Below are positions 25,394 to 35,759 of a stretch of 57,627 nucleotides of DNA, piece after piece. The number at the start of each line of letters is the position of its first letter. The stretch's first letter is position 1. The position numbers and the translations under genes were made by a program. Origin of the DNA: Candidatus Flemingiibacterium sp. GTDB taxonomy: Bacteria; Bacillota; Clostridia; Oscillospirales; CAG-272. A model generated the notes under the pieces. That model was given only the letters and a program-made list of their open reading frames with translations, was not told where the DNA came from and did not search any database. The stretch spans positions 1 to 57,627 of the forward strand of contig JAZNBZ010000160.1 in the NCBI GenBank assembly GCA_045587285.1. Direction: 5' to 3'.

Positions 25394-27568
25394 ATGAAGA
25401 TAATCAAAAGAAACGGCTCGGAGGCGGAATTTGATAAGTCGAAGATAGCCGTAGCTATCGGCAAGGCAAACGATGCTATTGAGGAAGCGTACCGAATCAC
25501 GCCGCTGCAGATCGAGCGCATAGTTGAAAGCGTAGTTATAAGCTGTCAGGCACTCGGACGCTCGCCCGAGGTCGAGGAAGTGCAGGATATGGTCGAGCAT
25601 CAGCTTATGGCGCACGGTGCGTTTGAGCTTGCCAAGCTTTACATCACCTACCGCTACACCCGAAGCCTCGTTCGCCAGTCGAACACCACCGACGATAAAA
25701 TACTCTCGCTTATCGAGTGCAACAACGAGGAGGCGAAGCAGGAAAACGCTAACAAAAACCCCGTTATCAACTCCACGCAGCGCGACTATATGGCAGGCGA
25801 GGTGTCGCGCGATATCACCACGCGCATACTCCTGCCCGAGGATATCGTAAAGGCGCACAACGAGGGCATAATCCATTTCCACGACACCGATTACTACGCA
25901 CAGCATATGCACAACTGCGACCTCGTTAACCTCGAGGATATGTTAGAGAACGGCACGGTCATCACGGGTACTCTCATCGAGCGTCCGCACAGCTTCTCCA
26001 CCGCCTGCAACATAGCAACGCAGATAATCGCGCAGGTCGCGTCCAATCAGTACGGCGGACAGTCTATTTCGCTGACGCATCTCGCGCCCTTCGTGCAGGT
26101 AAGCCGCGACAAGATAACCGCAGACGTCAAAGAGGAAAACGCGGGTGTCGGCCGCGAACTTACGGACGCACAGATAAGCGAGATCGTTGAGCGCCGTCTC
26201 AAGGAGGAGATACGCAGAGGCGTGCAGACCATACAGTATCAGGTCGTAACGCTTCTCACTACGAACGGACAGGCTCCGTTCGTTACGGTGTTTATGTACC
26301 TCAACGAGGCAAAGAACGACGCCGAGAAGCGCGATCTTGCTATGATAATCGAGGAGGTCCTCAATCAGCGCATTATGGGCGTTAAGAACGAAAAGGGCGT
26401 TTGGGTAACGCCCGCGTTCCCGAAGCTCGTTTACGTTTTAGAGGAGGACAATATAAACGAGGGCGCGCCGTATTACTACCTCACACAGCTTGCGGCGAAG
26501 TGTACCGCGAAGCGTATGGTGCCCGACTACATCTCCGAGAAAAAGATGCTCGAGCTAAAGATCGACAAAAACGGCGACGGACACTGCTACACCTGTATGG
26601 GCTGCCGCAGTTTCCTCACTCCTTACGTTGACGAAAACGGTCAGCCGAAATATTACGGCAGATTCAATCAGGGCGTCGTTACGATAAATCTCGTTGACGT
26701 CGCGCTCTCGAGCGAAAAGGACCGCGACTCGTTCTGGAAGATATTCGACGAGCGTCTTGAGCTTTGCCACCGCGCGCTTATGTGCCGTCACGAGCGCCTC
26801 AAGGGTACGCTTTCCGACGCCGCGCCTATTCTTTGGCAGTACGGCGCACTCGCGCGCCTCAAAAAAGGCGAAACCATTGACAAGCTCCTCTACGGCGGCT
26901 ACTCGACCATCTCCCTCGGCTACGCGGGACTTTACGAGTGCGTGCGCTATATGACGGGCAGATCGCATACCGATCCCGAGGCAACTCCGTTCGCGCTCGA
27001 GGTTATGGAGCATATGAACGCCGCCTGCCGCAAGTGGAAGGCGGAGCATAACATCGACTTTTCGCTTTACGGCACTCCGCTTGAGTCCACGACTTATAAG
27101 TTTGCAAAGTGCTTACAGCGCCGCTTCGGTATCATCAAGGACGTTACCGACAAGTCGTACATCACCAACTCCTATCACATTCACGTTACCGAAGAGGTCA
27201 ACGCATTCGACAAGCTCATATTCGAGGCGCAGTTCCAGGCGCTCTCGCCCGGCGGAGCGATAAGCTACGTCGAGGTGCCCAATATGCAGAACAACCTCGA
27301 GGCGGTAATGCAGGTCATTCGCTGTATCTACGATAACATTATGTACGCCGAGCTTAACACCAAGAGCGACTACTGTCAGGAGTGCGGCTTCGACGGCGAG
27401 ATCGAGATACGCGAGGTCGGCGGCAAGCTTGTGTGGACCTGCCCGAACTGCGGCAATACCGATCAGGATAAGATGAACGTCGCACGCCGTACCTGCGGCT
27501 ACATCGGTACGCAGTACTGGAATCAGGGCAGAACGCAGGAGATCAAGGAAAGAGTGCTTCATTTATAA
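25394..27568 (+). CDS. nrdD: anaerobic ribonucleoside-triphosphate reductase (class III) with N-terminal ATP-cone
   Basis: 724 aa. ATP-cone (MKIIKRNGSEAEFDKSKI), C-terminal Zn ribbon (CxxC...CPNCG) and glycyl-radical motif RRTCGYIG. Confidence 0.95.
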   Translation: MKIIKRNGSEAEFDKSKIAVAIGKANDAIEEAYRITPLQIERIVESVVISCQALGRSPEVEEVQDMVEHQLMAHGAFELAKLYITYRYTRSLVRQSNTTDDKILSLIECNNEEAKQENANKNPVINSTQRDYMAGEVSRDITTRILLPEDIVKAHNEGIIHFHDTDYYAQHMHNCDLVNLEDMLENGTVITGTLIERPHSFSTACNIATQIIAQVASNQYGGQSISLTHLAPFVQVSRDKITADVKEENAGVGRELTDAQISEIVERRLKEEIRRGVQTIQYQVVTLLTTNGQAPFVTVFMYLNEAKNDAEKRDLAMIIEEVLNQRIMGVKNEKGVWVTPAFPKLVYVLEEDNINEGAPYYYLTQLAAKCTAKRMVPDYISEKKMLELKIDKNGDGHCYTCMGCRSFLTPYVDENGQPKYYGRFNQGVVTINLVDVALSSEKDRDSFWKIFDERLELCHRALMCRHERLKGTLSDAAPILWQYGALARLKKGETIDKLLYGGYSTISLGYAGLYECVRYMTGRSHTDPEATPFALEVMEHMNAACRKWKAEHNIDFSLYGTPLESTTYKFAKCLQRRFGIIKDVTDKSYITNSYHIHVTEEVNAFDKLIFEAQFQALSPGGAISYVEVPNMQNNLEAVMQVIRCIYDNIMYAELNTKSDYCQECGFDGEIEIREVGGKLVWTCPNCGNTDQDKMNVARRTCGYIGTQYWNQGRTQEIKERVLHL

Positions 27569-28089
27569 TGTATTACGGAAACATTAAAAACTGCGACGTT
27601 GCCGACGGCGTGGGCGTTCGCGTAACCCTCTTCGTATCGGGGTGCACAAATCGCTGTGAGCACTGCTTCCAGCCCGAAACTTGGGACTTTTCCTACGGCG
27701 AGGAGTTCACGTGCGAGGTTGAGGACAAGATAATCGCTATGCTCTCGCCGACGTACATAAACGGTCTGACGGTGCTCGGCGGAGAGCCGTTCGAGCCGTC
27801 AAATCAGCGTGCGCTGCTGCCGTTTCTTACGCGTGTGCGCGAGACGTATCCCGACAAGACGATATGGGCGTTTTCGGGCTTTACGCTTGAGGAGCTCACG
27901 CGCGACGGCTCGCACCCGAGATGCGAGGCGACCGACGGCATCCTCGCGCTTCTCGACGTACTCGTTGACGGCAGATACGAGCACGATAAGCGAAATCTGT
28001 CGCTCAAATTCCGCGGCTCGTCAAATCAGCGGCTTATAGATATGCCAAGGACGCTCCGCGCGGGAAGCGTCGTGCTTTGGGATGAATAA
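27568..28089 (+). CDS. nrdG: anaerobic ribonucleotide reductase activating protein (radical SAM)
   Basis: GVRVTLFVSGCTNRCEHCFQPETW (CxxxCxxC). The start overlaps the nrdD stop (TAATG). Confidence 0.9.
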   Translation: MYYGNIKNCDVADGVGVRVTLFVSGCTNRCEHCFQPETWDFSYGEEFTCEVEDKIIAMLSPTYINGLTVLGGEPFEPSNQRALLPFLTRVRETYPDKTIWAFSGFTLEELTRDGSHPRCEATDGILALLDVLVDGRYEHDKRNLSLKFRGSSNQRLIDMPRTLRAGSVVLWDE

Positions 28090-28182
28090 AAACGTGGGGG
28101 CTGTTTGATATCAGACAGTCCCCTCAGCTTGTTGAAAACATCGAGACGGAATCAAATTATAAAGAATTCTGCAAATTTATTA

Positions 28183-28289
28183 GGCTCGCCCTTTGGGAGA
28201 GCTGTCGCTGTAAGCGACTGAGAGGGTCAATGTCGTTTAAAAGCCCTCTCCGTCAGCCGATGGCTGACACCTCTCCCTGAGGGCGAGGC
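28183..28289. repeat. pair of GC-rich hairpin repeat units (REP-like dispersed family)
   Basis: Units GGCTCGCCCTTTGGGAGAGCTGTCGCTGTAAGCGACTGAGAGGGTC (28183-28229) and GCCCTCTCCGTCAGCCGATGGCTGACACCTCTCCCTGAGGGCGAGGC (28243-28289). The second unit is related to 44148-44200. Confidence 0.6.
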
Positions 28290-28411
28290 ATTTTAGTTGC
28301 TTTGCGTTTATCTCGGATAAAAAATTTGAATATTTATAAAATATATATTGAAATTCTCGCTTTAGTGTGTTACAATAAATTAGATCGTCATTGTGAAAGC
28401 GAGGACTGCGT

Positions 28412-29134
28412 GTGAATACGGATATTGCAAGAATTATGAGCCGCGTCGTTTTAGCGGACAAAAAGGTAAAAATCAAGCTTCTCGGCGACTCTATCACTCA
28501 TGGAGTGGGCGGCACGGGATTCATACAAAACGGTGAGTCTATTGCGGAGAGCTTTAAGAGAAACCCCGACGGGTACTGCTGGGCGAAGCTTTTTTCTGAG
28601 CATATGGAGTCGCAGTACAACTGCACCGTAGTTAACAACGGCTGTACGGGTACGAAGATAGAGTTCATCATAAAGCATTTCGACACGCTCGTTGACGAGG
28701 ACGACGATATAATCATCTGTACTATCGGCACGAATAACCGCGCACAGCTCTTTTCCGACGCTCCGAGACGTACGCGAGAGGAGCATTTGAAATTGGTTTA
28801 CAGCAGTATCCTCGAGCTTTACGGTATGTTCAAGACGGCGAATAAGGACGTTATTTTCGTTACCAATATCCCCGCATCCGCGGAAAACGAAAAGGACGGA
28901 GACCATTATTGGCGCGTTATTCATATGAACGATATAAACGACCTTTATTTAAAGGTGTCGGTCGAATGCGGCTTTCCGCTTATCAGCTTGTATACGCGAT
29001 TTACGGAATATTGCGATATGCGCGGCATTGAGCTTGACACGCTGCTGTCTGACGGGCTTCACCCGAACGACGAGGGCTATGCGGTGATGTACCGCCTTAT
29101 TATGCGAGAGCTTGGACTTGGAGTAAAGGTTTAA
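28412..29134 (+). CDS. SGNH/GDSL family hydrolase
   Basis: Block I is LLGDSITHG and block V is DGLHPNDEGY. GTG start with a GAGGA RBS. Confidence 0.8.
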   Translation: MNTDIARIMSRVVLADKKVKIKLLGDSITHGVGGTGFIQNGESIAESFKRNPDGYCWAKLFSEHMESQYNCTVVNNGCTGTKIEFIIKHFDTLVDEDDDIIICTIGTNNRAQLFSDAPRRTREEHLKLVYSSILELYGMFKTANKDVIFVTNIPASAENEKDGDHYWRVIHMNDINDLYLKVSVECGFPLISLYTRFTEYCDMRGIELDTLLSDGLHPNDEGYAVMYRLIMRELGLGVKV

Positions 29135-29151
29135 GATAAAGGAGAAACGTT

Positions 29152-30036
29152 ATGGCAGAGCTTCTTAAAAATCTCGGCTATTACGCCGGAAAATACGACC
29201 TTATCGAAAATATGCAGGTCCCGATGACCGACCGCGTTTGCTGGTTCGGCGACGGCGTTTACGAGGCGACGGCGACGCGAAACGGCGTTATTTACTGCCT
29301 TGACGAGCACATCGAGCGCTTTTACAATTCCGCCAAGCTGGTGGAGATTGAGATACCGATGAGCAAATCGGAGCTTGCCGCGCTGCTTTGTGACCTTGTT
29401 TCAAAGGTGGACGTGTCGGACACGAACGGCGAAACGTTCCTTTATTGGCAGATAACGCGCGGCGCAAATATTCCGCGCGGACACGAATTCCCCGTTGATG
29501 CAAAGGCTAATCTCTGGGTTACCGTAACGCCGAGAAAACTCGCCGACGTTTACAAAGAGATGAAGGTGCTCTCTCACGAGGACATCCGCTTCTTTATGTG
29601 CAATATCAAAACGCTTTGTCTGCTTCCGAACGTGCTTGCGGCAGAAAAGGCGAAGAAGGCGGGTGCCGGCGAGTGCGTACAGTACCGCGCCGAGGCAAAC
29701 GGCATCAAGAACCGCGTCACCGAAGGCTCACACTCTAACGTACACTGTATAAAGGATGGCAAGGTCTATACCGCTCCGCTTGACAATCTTATCCTGCCGG
29801 GCATCGCGAGAAAAAACCTTATCAAGGTTTGTGCCTCACTCGGAGTTGAGGTCATCGAGGAGCCGTTCTCACTCGAATTTTTAAAGAATGCCGACGAGGT
29901 TATATTCACATCAAGCTCGAATTTCTGTGTCAGAGCAACGCATATCGACGGCGAGGCGGTCGGCTGCAGGGCGGCGGCGCTTCTCAAGAGCATAAGAGAT
30001 GCGCTTCGGGCTGATTATCTTGAAAAAACAAAGTAA
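29152..30036 (+). CDS. class IV (D-amino-acid/branched-chain) aminotransferase, Dat-like
   Basis: FGDGVYE, the catalytic-region K (CNIKTL) and EGSHSNV motifs. 294 aa. Confidence 0.75.
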   Translation: MAELLKNLGYYAGKYDLIENMQVPMTDRVCWFGDGVYEATATRNGVIYCLDEHIERFYNSAKLVEIEIPMSKSELAALLCDLVSKVDVSDTNGETFLYWQITRGANIPRGHEFPVDAKANLWVTVTPRKLADVYKEMKVLSHEDIRFFMCNIKTLCLLPNVLAAEKAKKAGAGECVQYRAEANGIKNRVTEGSHSNVHCIKDGKVYTAPLDNLILPGIARKNLIKVCASLGVEVIEEPFSLEFLKNADEVIFTSSSNFCVRATHIDGEAVGCRAAALLKSIRDALRADYLEKTK

Positions 30037-30060
30037 AATTATTCCAGAAGGAGATCACAT

Positions 30061-31245
30061 ATGAAAATCAACACAAATTACAAAAAGCTCAAGGAAAGCT
30101 ATCTCTTTTCCGATATAGCGAAGAAGGTTGCCGATTATAAGGCGGCAAATCCCGACGCGGACGTTATCCGCCTCGGTATCGGCGACGTTACGCTTCCGCT
30201 TTGCGACGCTGTCGTTAAGGCGTTCCACGAGGCTGTCGATGAAATGGGCAGCAAGGACAGCTTCAAGGGCTACGGTCCCGAGCAGGGCTACGGCTTCTTA
30301 AAGGACGCTATCAAGGATTACTACAAAACCGAGGACGGCGTCGAGCTTAACGCTGACGAGATCTTTATCTCCGACGGCGCAAAGAGCGATCTCGGCAACA
30401 TTCTCGACATTTTCGCAAAGGACAACACCGTTCTCGTTCCCGATCCCGTTTACCCCGTTTACGTTGACACAAACACGATGGACGGACGCAATATCGTCTA
30501 TATGAACGGCAGTGCGGAGAACAACTTCCTTCCGATGCCCGACGACAGTGTTGACGCGGATATCATCTACCTCTGCTCGCCGAACAATCCGACAGGCGCG
30601 GCGTACAACCGCGAGCAGATGCGTGCTTGGGTTGACTACGCAAAAAAGAAGGGCGCTATCATTCTCTTTGACGCGGCTTACGAGTCGTTTATCTCCTCGA
30701 AGGAGCTTGTACGCTCGATCTACGAGATTGAAGGCGCACGCGACTGCGCTATCGAGTTCTGCTCGTTCTCCAAGACCGCGGGCTTCACGGGTACTCGCTG
30801 CGGCTGGACCATCGTTCCGATGGAGCTTGTATGCGACGGGCTTTCGCTCAATAAGCTCTGGCTTCGCCGTCAGACTACCAAGTTCAACGGCGTCTCTTAT
30901 CCCGTACAGCGTGCGGCGGCGGCTGTGTTCACTCCCGAGGGACGTGCACAGATCGCAGAAAATCTCGCTTACTACAAGGAGAACGCAGGTATCATCACCG
31001 CTGCTCTCGACGAGCTTGGCATATGGTACACGGGCGGCGTGAACTCGCCTTATATCTGGCTCAAGTGCCCGAACGGTATGGGCTCTTGGGAGTTCTTCGA
31101 TCTTCTCCTTACCAAGGCGAACGTGGTCGGTACTCCCGGCGCGGGATTCGGTGAGATGGGCGAGGGCTTCTTCCGCCTTACCGCATTCGGCGACCGCGAG
31201 CGTACACGCGAGGCGGCAGAGCGCATCAAGAAGCTTTTTAAATAA
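30061..31245 (+). CDS. dapL: LL-diaminopimelate aminotransferase
   Basis: N-terminal [10 protein letters not shown]...[17 protein letters not shown], and [15 protein letters not shown] (the PLP-binding lysine). 394 aa. Confidence 0.85.
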   Translation: MKINTNYKKLKESYLFSDIAKKVADYKAANPDADVIRLGIGDVTLPLCDAVVKAFHEAVDEMGSKDSFKGYGPEQGYGFLKDAIKDYYKTEDGVELNADEIFISDGAKSDLGNILDIFAKDNTVLVPDPVYPVYVDTNTMDGRNIVYMNGSAENNFLPMPDDSVDADIIYLCSPNNPTGAAYNREQMRAWVDYAKKKGAIILFDAAYESFISSKELVRSIYEIEGARDCAIEFCSFSKTAGFTGTRCGWTIVPMELVCDGLSLNKLWLRRQTTKFNGVSYPVQRAAAAVFTPEGRAQIAENLAYYKENAGIITAALDELGIWYTGGVNSPYIWLKCPNGMGSWEFFDLLLTKANVVGTPGAGFGEMGEGFFRLTAFGDRERTREAAERIKKLFK

Positions 31246-31257
31246 TGATTTTTTGTG

Positions 31258-31288
31258 TCGGGCACCGTGAAATCACGGTGCCCGATTT
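31258..31288 (+). terminator. intrinsic terminator after dapL
   Basis: 13-bp stem TCGGGCACCGTGA/TCACGGTGCCCGA followed by TTTGG. Confidence 0.7.
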
Positions 31289-31350
31289 GGATATTTTTAG
31301 CGTTTATTTGGACAAAATTAAGAATGTTTGAAATGCCTCGAAAATTCTGT

Positions 31351-31379
31351 TGACAAGCCGATTTTGATATGTTAGAATG
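31351..31379 (+). promoter_or_regulatory. consensus promoter of the paralog array (P1)
   Basis: TTGACA at 31351-31356, 17-nt spacer, TAGAAT at 31374-31379. The flanking ATGTTAGAATG is identical to the sequence at P4. Confidence 0.65.
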
Positions 31380-31410
31380 GCATCGGAAAATATATTTTTT
31401 GGAGGCTTTT

Positions 31411-33552
31411 ATGTTACCGAGAATAAATCCCGAGCTTACACCCGAGAGAAATAATCTTCCCACCCGTTGGCAGACCGTTATTTTCAGAAACTACCGTATG
31501 ATCAGCGCAGACGTTATCGCCAAGGTGCTCGAGTGCAGCGTCGAGGTCGTTGAGCGTGAGGCTAAACGTATGGGACTTCGCGCGGGTGAATATAACCCCG
31601 AGTGGATGGAGCGCGGCTTCATTACCGTTATCCGCAACAATTGGTATCTACTCCCGTACGATCAGCTTATGACGCTGACCGGTTACACAGAGGACCATCT
31701 CGACTTCATTCTCGAAAAGGAGGATTTTCTCTCCTACAAGCTCGGCTACAGAAACAAGCCGGAGTGCGCGCGTGTAATCTACTCGCCGCTTACCGACGAA
31801 GAAATCGCCGAAACCGAGCACGTTGCGAAGATCATCGCAAAGTTTGACACGTCGGAGCGAGTTTACTTTGATATCTACCGCGACAAGACCGACCGTGAGC
31901 CGAAGTATGTCGCCTCCAAGGAAGGCGGCTCGAGAGGACTTCACCCGTATCTCGCGTCCTGCTCGGATCCGTTCATTACCGACACGAGAAGCTTCCTTCC
32001 CGACGCGCTTCTCGACGATTATGCGAAGTACGGCATTAACAGCATTGGCGCTCACGGCGTTCTTTCAACGCTCTCTCCGTTCCCGTACGACCCCGATCAG
32101 AGCCGTGACTACAAGATCCGCCGCAAGAACTTAAAGGATCTCGTTGAGCGCGCCGGCAAGCGCGGCATCGGCATCAGTCTTTACTTTAACGAGCCGCTTG
32201 CGGTGCCGATCAATAAGTTCGAAAAGTACGGCCGCCCCGAGCTTGCGGGACGCGTCAGTGGGAGCGGTCTGGTGTCGCTCTGTATGGAGGTTGAGGAGAA
32301 CCGTCAGTGGTTTTATAATGCTATAAAGGACCTTCTCACGGAAATTCCCGACATTGGGAGCATCGGCTGTACCACTATGGGTGAGAACCCCACGCACTGT
32401 CTGTCCAGCAAGCGCGCCGCAGGCGATCAGAACTGTCCGCGATGTGCTGACCTTCCGCTTCACAGAGGCTCGACCACCGTATGTAACCTCGTCTTGAAGG
32501 CTGTACGTGACTCTGGTGCCAAGACGAGCGTCGGATGCTCGACCTGGCAGTGGACTGACGAGATGGTCGAGGAGGGCTTCAAGGAGCTTGATCCCGAGAT
32601 AAGCGTAAGCGCTACAAGCGAATGGGGCGTTAAGACCAACATCGGCGGCATTCCGTGGGAGGTTGTTGACTTCTCTATCGCCAACTACGGTCCGAGTGAC
32701 TGGGCAAAGCGAGTTGTAAGCCACGGACTTGCAACAGGACACAAGGTAGGCCTTAAGGTGCAGATGTCCTGCAGCTGGGAGCTTGCGGTATGCCCGTATC
32801 TGCCGCTGTTTGATCTTGAGCTTGAGCACATTAAGGCGGTGCACGATATCGGAGTAACCAGCCTCGGTCTTACCTGGACTCTCGGAGGCTATCCGTCCAT
32901 CACGTTTGATATGGTCGCTGACTACCTGACGGCACCAGACACGTTCACGATGGAAAAATGGTACGAAAAGCATTTTGGCAAGGACGGCGAGCGCGTTCAC
33001 GAGGCGGTTAAGCTCTTCAGCCGCGGATACCGCGAATATCCGTTCAGCGCATACACCGCTTACCACGATCCCAATAACCTCGGCGTTTCCAACCGTTGGA
33101 GCTTAACTCCGAACACCAACAAGACGACTATGGTAAACTGGACCTTCGACGATCCCGAATACTATGCAAAGCCGTATCCGATAGACATCTACATAAACCA
33201 GTACGAAAAATTGCTTGCCGATTGGGACAAGGGTATTGAACTGCTTGAGGGCGTTGACAACGATATTGCGCGCGAGATGCTGCTGTTTGCACGTGTTGCG
33301 GCAAATCATTTCCATTCGAGTATAGTACACACAAAGTATGTTCTTGCAAAGAGAAAGCTTCCCGAAGCGAAGGACGAGATGCGTGCGGTTATCGCAGAGG
33401 AAAGAGCGCTTTGCGAGGAGCTTATCGAGCTCTTGCCGCAGTCTACTATGATTGCGTACGAAACGTCGAACCACTATTTCTACACAGAGCGCGATATTAT
33501 CGAAAAGCTTATACAGCTGGACGGGCTCGAAAAAGAGCTTGACAATATGTGA
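31411..33552 (+). CDS. uncharacterised 713-aa cytoplasmic protein, paralog 1 of 4 (HTH-like N-terminal modules plus barrel-like core)
   Basis: ATG at 31411 with a GGAGG RBS (track start 31369 rejected). MLPRINPELTPERNNLPTRWQTVIFRNYRM...TSNHYFYTERDIIEKLIQLDGLEKELDNM. No TM segment or signal peptide. Confidence 0.85.
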   Translation: MLPRINPELTPERNNLPTRWQTVIFRNYRMISADVIAKVLECSVEVVEREAKRMGLRAGEYNPEWMERGFITVIRNNWYLLPYDQLMTLTGYTEDHLDFILEKEDFLSYKLGYRNKPECARVIYSPLTDEEIAETEHVAKIIAKFDTSERVYFDIYRDKTDREPKYVASKEGGSRGLHPYLASCSDPFITDTRSFLPDALLDDYAKYGINSIGAHGVLSTLSPFPYDPDQSRDYKIRRKNLKDLVERAGKRGIGISLYFNEPLAVPINKFEKYGRPELAGRVSGSGLVSLCMEVEENRQWFYNAIKDLLTEIPDIGSIGCTTMGENPTHCLSSKRAAGDQNCPRCADLPLHRGSTTVCNLVLKAVRDSGAKTSVGCSTWQWTDEMVEEGFKELDPEISVSATSEWGVKTNIGGIPWEVVDFSIANYGPSDWAKRVVSHGLATGHKVGLKVQMSCSWELAVCPYLPLFDLELEHIKAVHDIGVTSLGLTWTLGGYPSITFDMVADYLTAPDTFTMEKWYEKHFGKDGERVHEAVKLFSRGYREYPFSAYTAYHDPNNLGVSNRWSLTPNTNKTTMVNWTFDDPEYYAKPYPIDIYINQYEKLLADWDKGIELLEGVDNDIAREMLLFARVAANHFHSSIVHTKYVLAKRKLPEAKDEMRAVIAEERALCEELIELLPQSTMIAYETSNHYFYTERDIIEKLIQLDGLEKELDNM

Positions 33553-33570
33553 TTTATAAGGAGAATTGCT

Positions 33571-35745
33571 ATGTTACCCGTAATCAACCCCGAAATGACA
33601 CCCGAAAGAAACAATCTTCCCACCCGTTGGCAGACGGTTATTTTCAGAAACTACCGTATGGTGCCTGCTGAAAATATCGCAAAGGTGCTTGAGTGCACAG
33701 TAGAGGACGTTGAGCGCGAGGCGGCACGCCTCGGACTTCGCCAAGGTGAAGCCGATCCGATATGGTTCAGACGCGGACATATCACGATTATCCGCAACAA
33801 CTGGTATCTTTTGCCGTATGAGCAGATGCTGACGCTTCTTGACTATACCGAGGAAAAGCTCGATTTTATACTCGAAAAGGAGGACGGCCTTTATTCAAAG
33901 CTCGGCTTCACCAAGCCACTTTGTGAGAAGGTTACCTACTCGCCGCTTACCGAGGCGGAAATTGCCGAAACCGAAGCACTAGCAAAGACGATATCCGAGT
34001 ACGATACCTCTCATAGGGCATATTTCGATTTTTACGACGATACTTCCGATTTTGAGCCGAGATACGTTACGTCAGTCGAAAAGGGTATTCGTATGGTTTA
34101 TCCGTACCTCACTCCGTGCGGTGATCCGTTTTTGGTGGATTCTCGCACGCATCTGCCCGACGAGCTGCTTGATGACTACGCAAAGGTCGGCGTGAACACG
34201 TTTATCATTTACGCTGTTTTGTCGACGCTTTCACCGTATCCGATAAACCCCGAGGATAGCCGCGACTATAAGCTTCGCCGTAAGAATCTAAAGGAGCTTA
34301 TTGAGCGCGCAGGCAAGCGCGGTATTAAGATATGCCTTTATTTAAACGAGCTGCGTGCATTGCCGCGTGAGGTTTTCGAGCGTTACGGCAGACCTGACCT
34401 TGGCGGATCGGTAAGCGGCTCGGGGGATTTCGTTGCGCTTTGTATGCAGAAGGAGGAAAACCAAAAGCTTCTTTACGATCTTACGTATGACCTCTTTTCC
34501 GATATTCCCGAGATCAGCTACGTGTGCTGTACCACAATGAGCGAGCACATGACTCATTGCATTTTCCAAACGTATTATCCGGAGCTTCCAACGACTCCCG
34601 GCGATCCGAGAGGGACTGTGTGTCCCGTTTGCAAGGAGCTTCCCGTTGAAACAAATTCGGTAATCGTCTTGAATATCATCAATAAAGCTATTCGCGACGC
34701 CGGCAGCAATGCGACTACGATTGGTACAATGTGGGCGTGGAGTAGCGAGGAGATGATAGAAAACGGTATCCCGAAGCTTGACAAGGATATGATTATCTTA
34801 GGCTTCAGTGAATGGGGTATGCCGTTTAAGGCCGGCGAGCGCACGTTTGAGGTTATTGACTATTCCATTTCCAATTACGGACCGAGTGAGCGATACAAAA
34901 AGGTTGCCAAGGTCGCTATGGAAAGCTCTCACGAGATGATGGCAAAGGTTCAGCTTTCAAATAGCTGGGAGCTTGCGGCGGTGCCGTATCTGCCTCTTTT
35001 CGATATGGAGCTTGACCATATAAGAAATCTTAATGCAATAGGCACGAAAAACTATCAGCTGACCTGGACGCTGGGAAGTTATCCGTCGCTTACGTTTGAT
35101 ATGGTGGCGAACTATCTCGACGCTCCCGATACGTTCGACCTTGACAAATGGTATGAGAAGCATTACGGTGCAGACGCACCGAGAGTGCACGAGGCTGTAA
35201 AGCATTGCTGCAAGGGCTTCAGGGAGTATCCGTTCAGCATAGAGGTCATCTATTTCTCCGCGAAGAATCACGGTGCGGTCAACCGTTGGAATTTGTCGCC
35301 CGTTAAGCAAAGCTCCGCGGTGGTAGGCTGGACGTTCGATGACGTTGAGTATTATACAAGACCGTATAAGCCGCAGCTCTTTATCGAGCATTACGAAAGG
35401 CTTATCGCTGAATTTGACAAGGGTATTGAAATTCTTGAAGGCGCACAGAGCACGGACGCCGCAAAGGAGCTGCTCCTCTTTGCCAAGATTGCGAGAAATC
35501 ACTTTATGGCGGACGTTGTACATACAAAATATGTGCTTGCAAAACGCAGACTGCCCGCCTCGAAGGACGAGATGCGCACGCTTATCGCAGAAAACCGCGC
35601 ACTCTGTCTTGAGCTTTTAGAGCTCGTTGCGCAGTCGACGCTCGCCTGCTACGAAACCGCAAATCACTATTTCTACACCGAGCGCGATATTATCGAAAAG
35701 CTTATTCAGCTTGACGGCCTTGAAAAAGAGCTTGAAAATATGTAA
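33571..35745 (+). CDS. uncharacterised 724-aa protein, paralog 2 of 4
   Basis: AAGGAGA RBS, 18 nt after paralog 1. Collinear with paralogs 1 and 3 along its whole length. Confidence 0.85.
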   Translation: MLPVINPEMTPERNNLPTRWQTVIFRNYRMVPAENIAKVLECTVEDVEREAARLGLRQGEADPIWFRRGHITIIRNNWYLLPYEQMLTLLDYTEEKLDFILEKEDGLYSKLGFTKPLCEKVTYSPLTEAEIAETEALAKTISEYDTSHRAYFDFYDDTSDFEPRYVTSVEKGIRMVYPYLTPCGDPFLVDSRTHLPDELLDDYAKVGVNTFIIYAVLSTLSPYPINPEDSRDYKLRRKNLKELIERAGKRGIKICLYLNELRALPREVFERYGRPDLGGSVSGSGDFVALCMQKEENQKLLYDLTYDLFSDIPEISYVCCTTMSEHMTHCIFQTYYPELPTTPGDPRGTVCPVCKELPVETNSVIVLNIINKAIRDAGSNATTIGTMWAWSSEEMIENGIPKLDKDMIILGFSEWGMPFKAGERTFEVIDYSISNYGPSERYKKVAKVAMESSHEMMAKVQLSNSWELAAVPYLPLFDMELDHIRNLNAIGTKNYQLTWTLGSYPSLTFDMVANYLDAPDTFDLDKWYEKHYGADAPRVHEAVKHCCKGFREYPFSIEVIYFSAKNHGAVNRWNLSPVKQSSAVVGWTFDDVEYYTRPYKPQLFIEHYERLIAEFDKGIEILEGAQSTDAAKELLLFAKIARNHFMADVVHTKYVLAKRRLPASKDEMRTLIAENRALCLELLELVAQSTLACYETANHYFYTERDIIEKLIQLDGLEKELENM

Positions 35746-35759
35746 TAAGGAGAGTTGCT

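Noticed and set aside
25220-25912. 230-aa minus-strand ORF overlapping the nrdD promoter and 5' end
   Set aside because: It is antisense to nrdD and covers the nrd promoter and NrdR-box region. It has no RBS and no recognisable motif.
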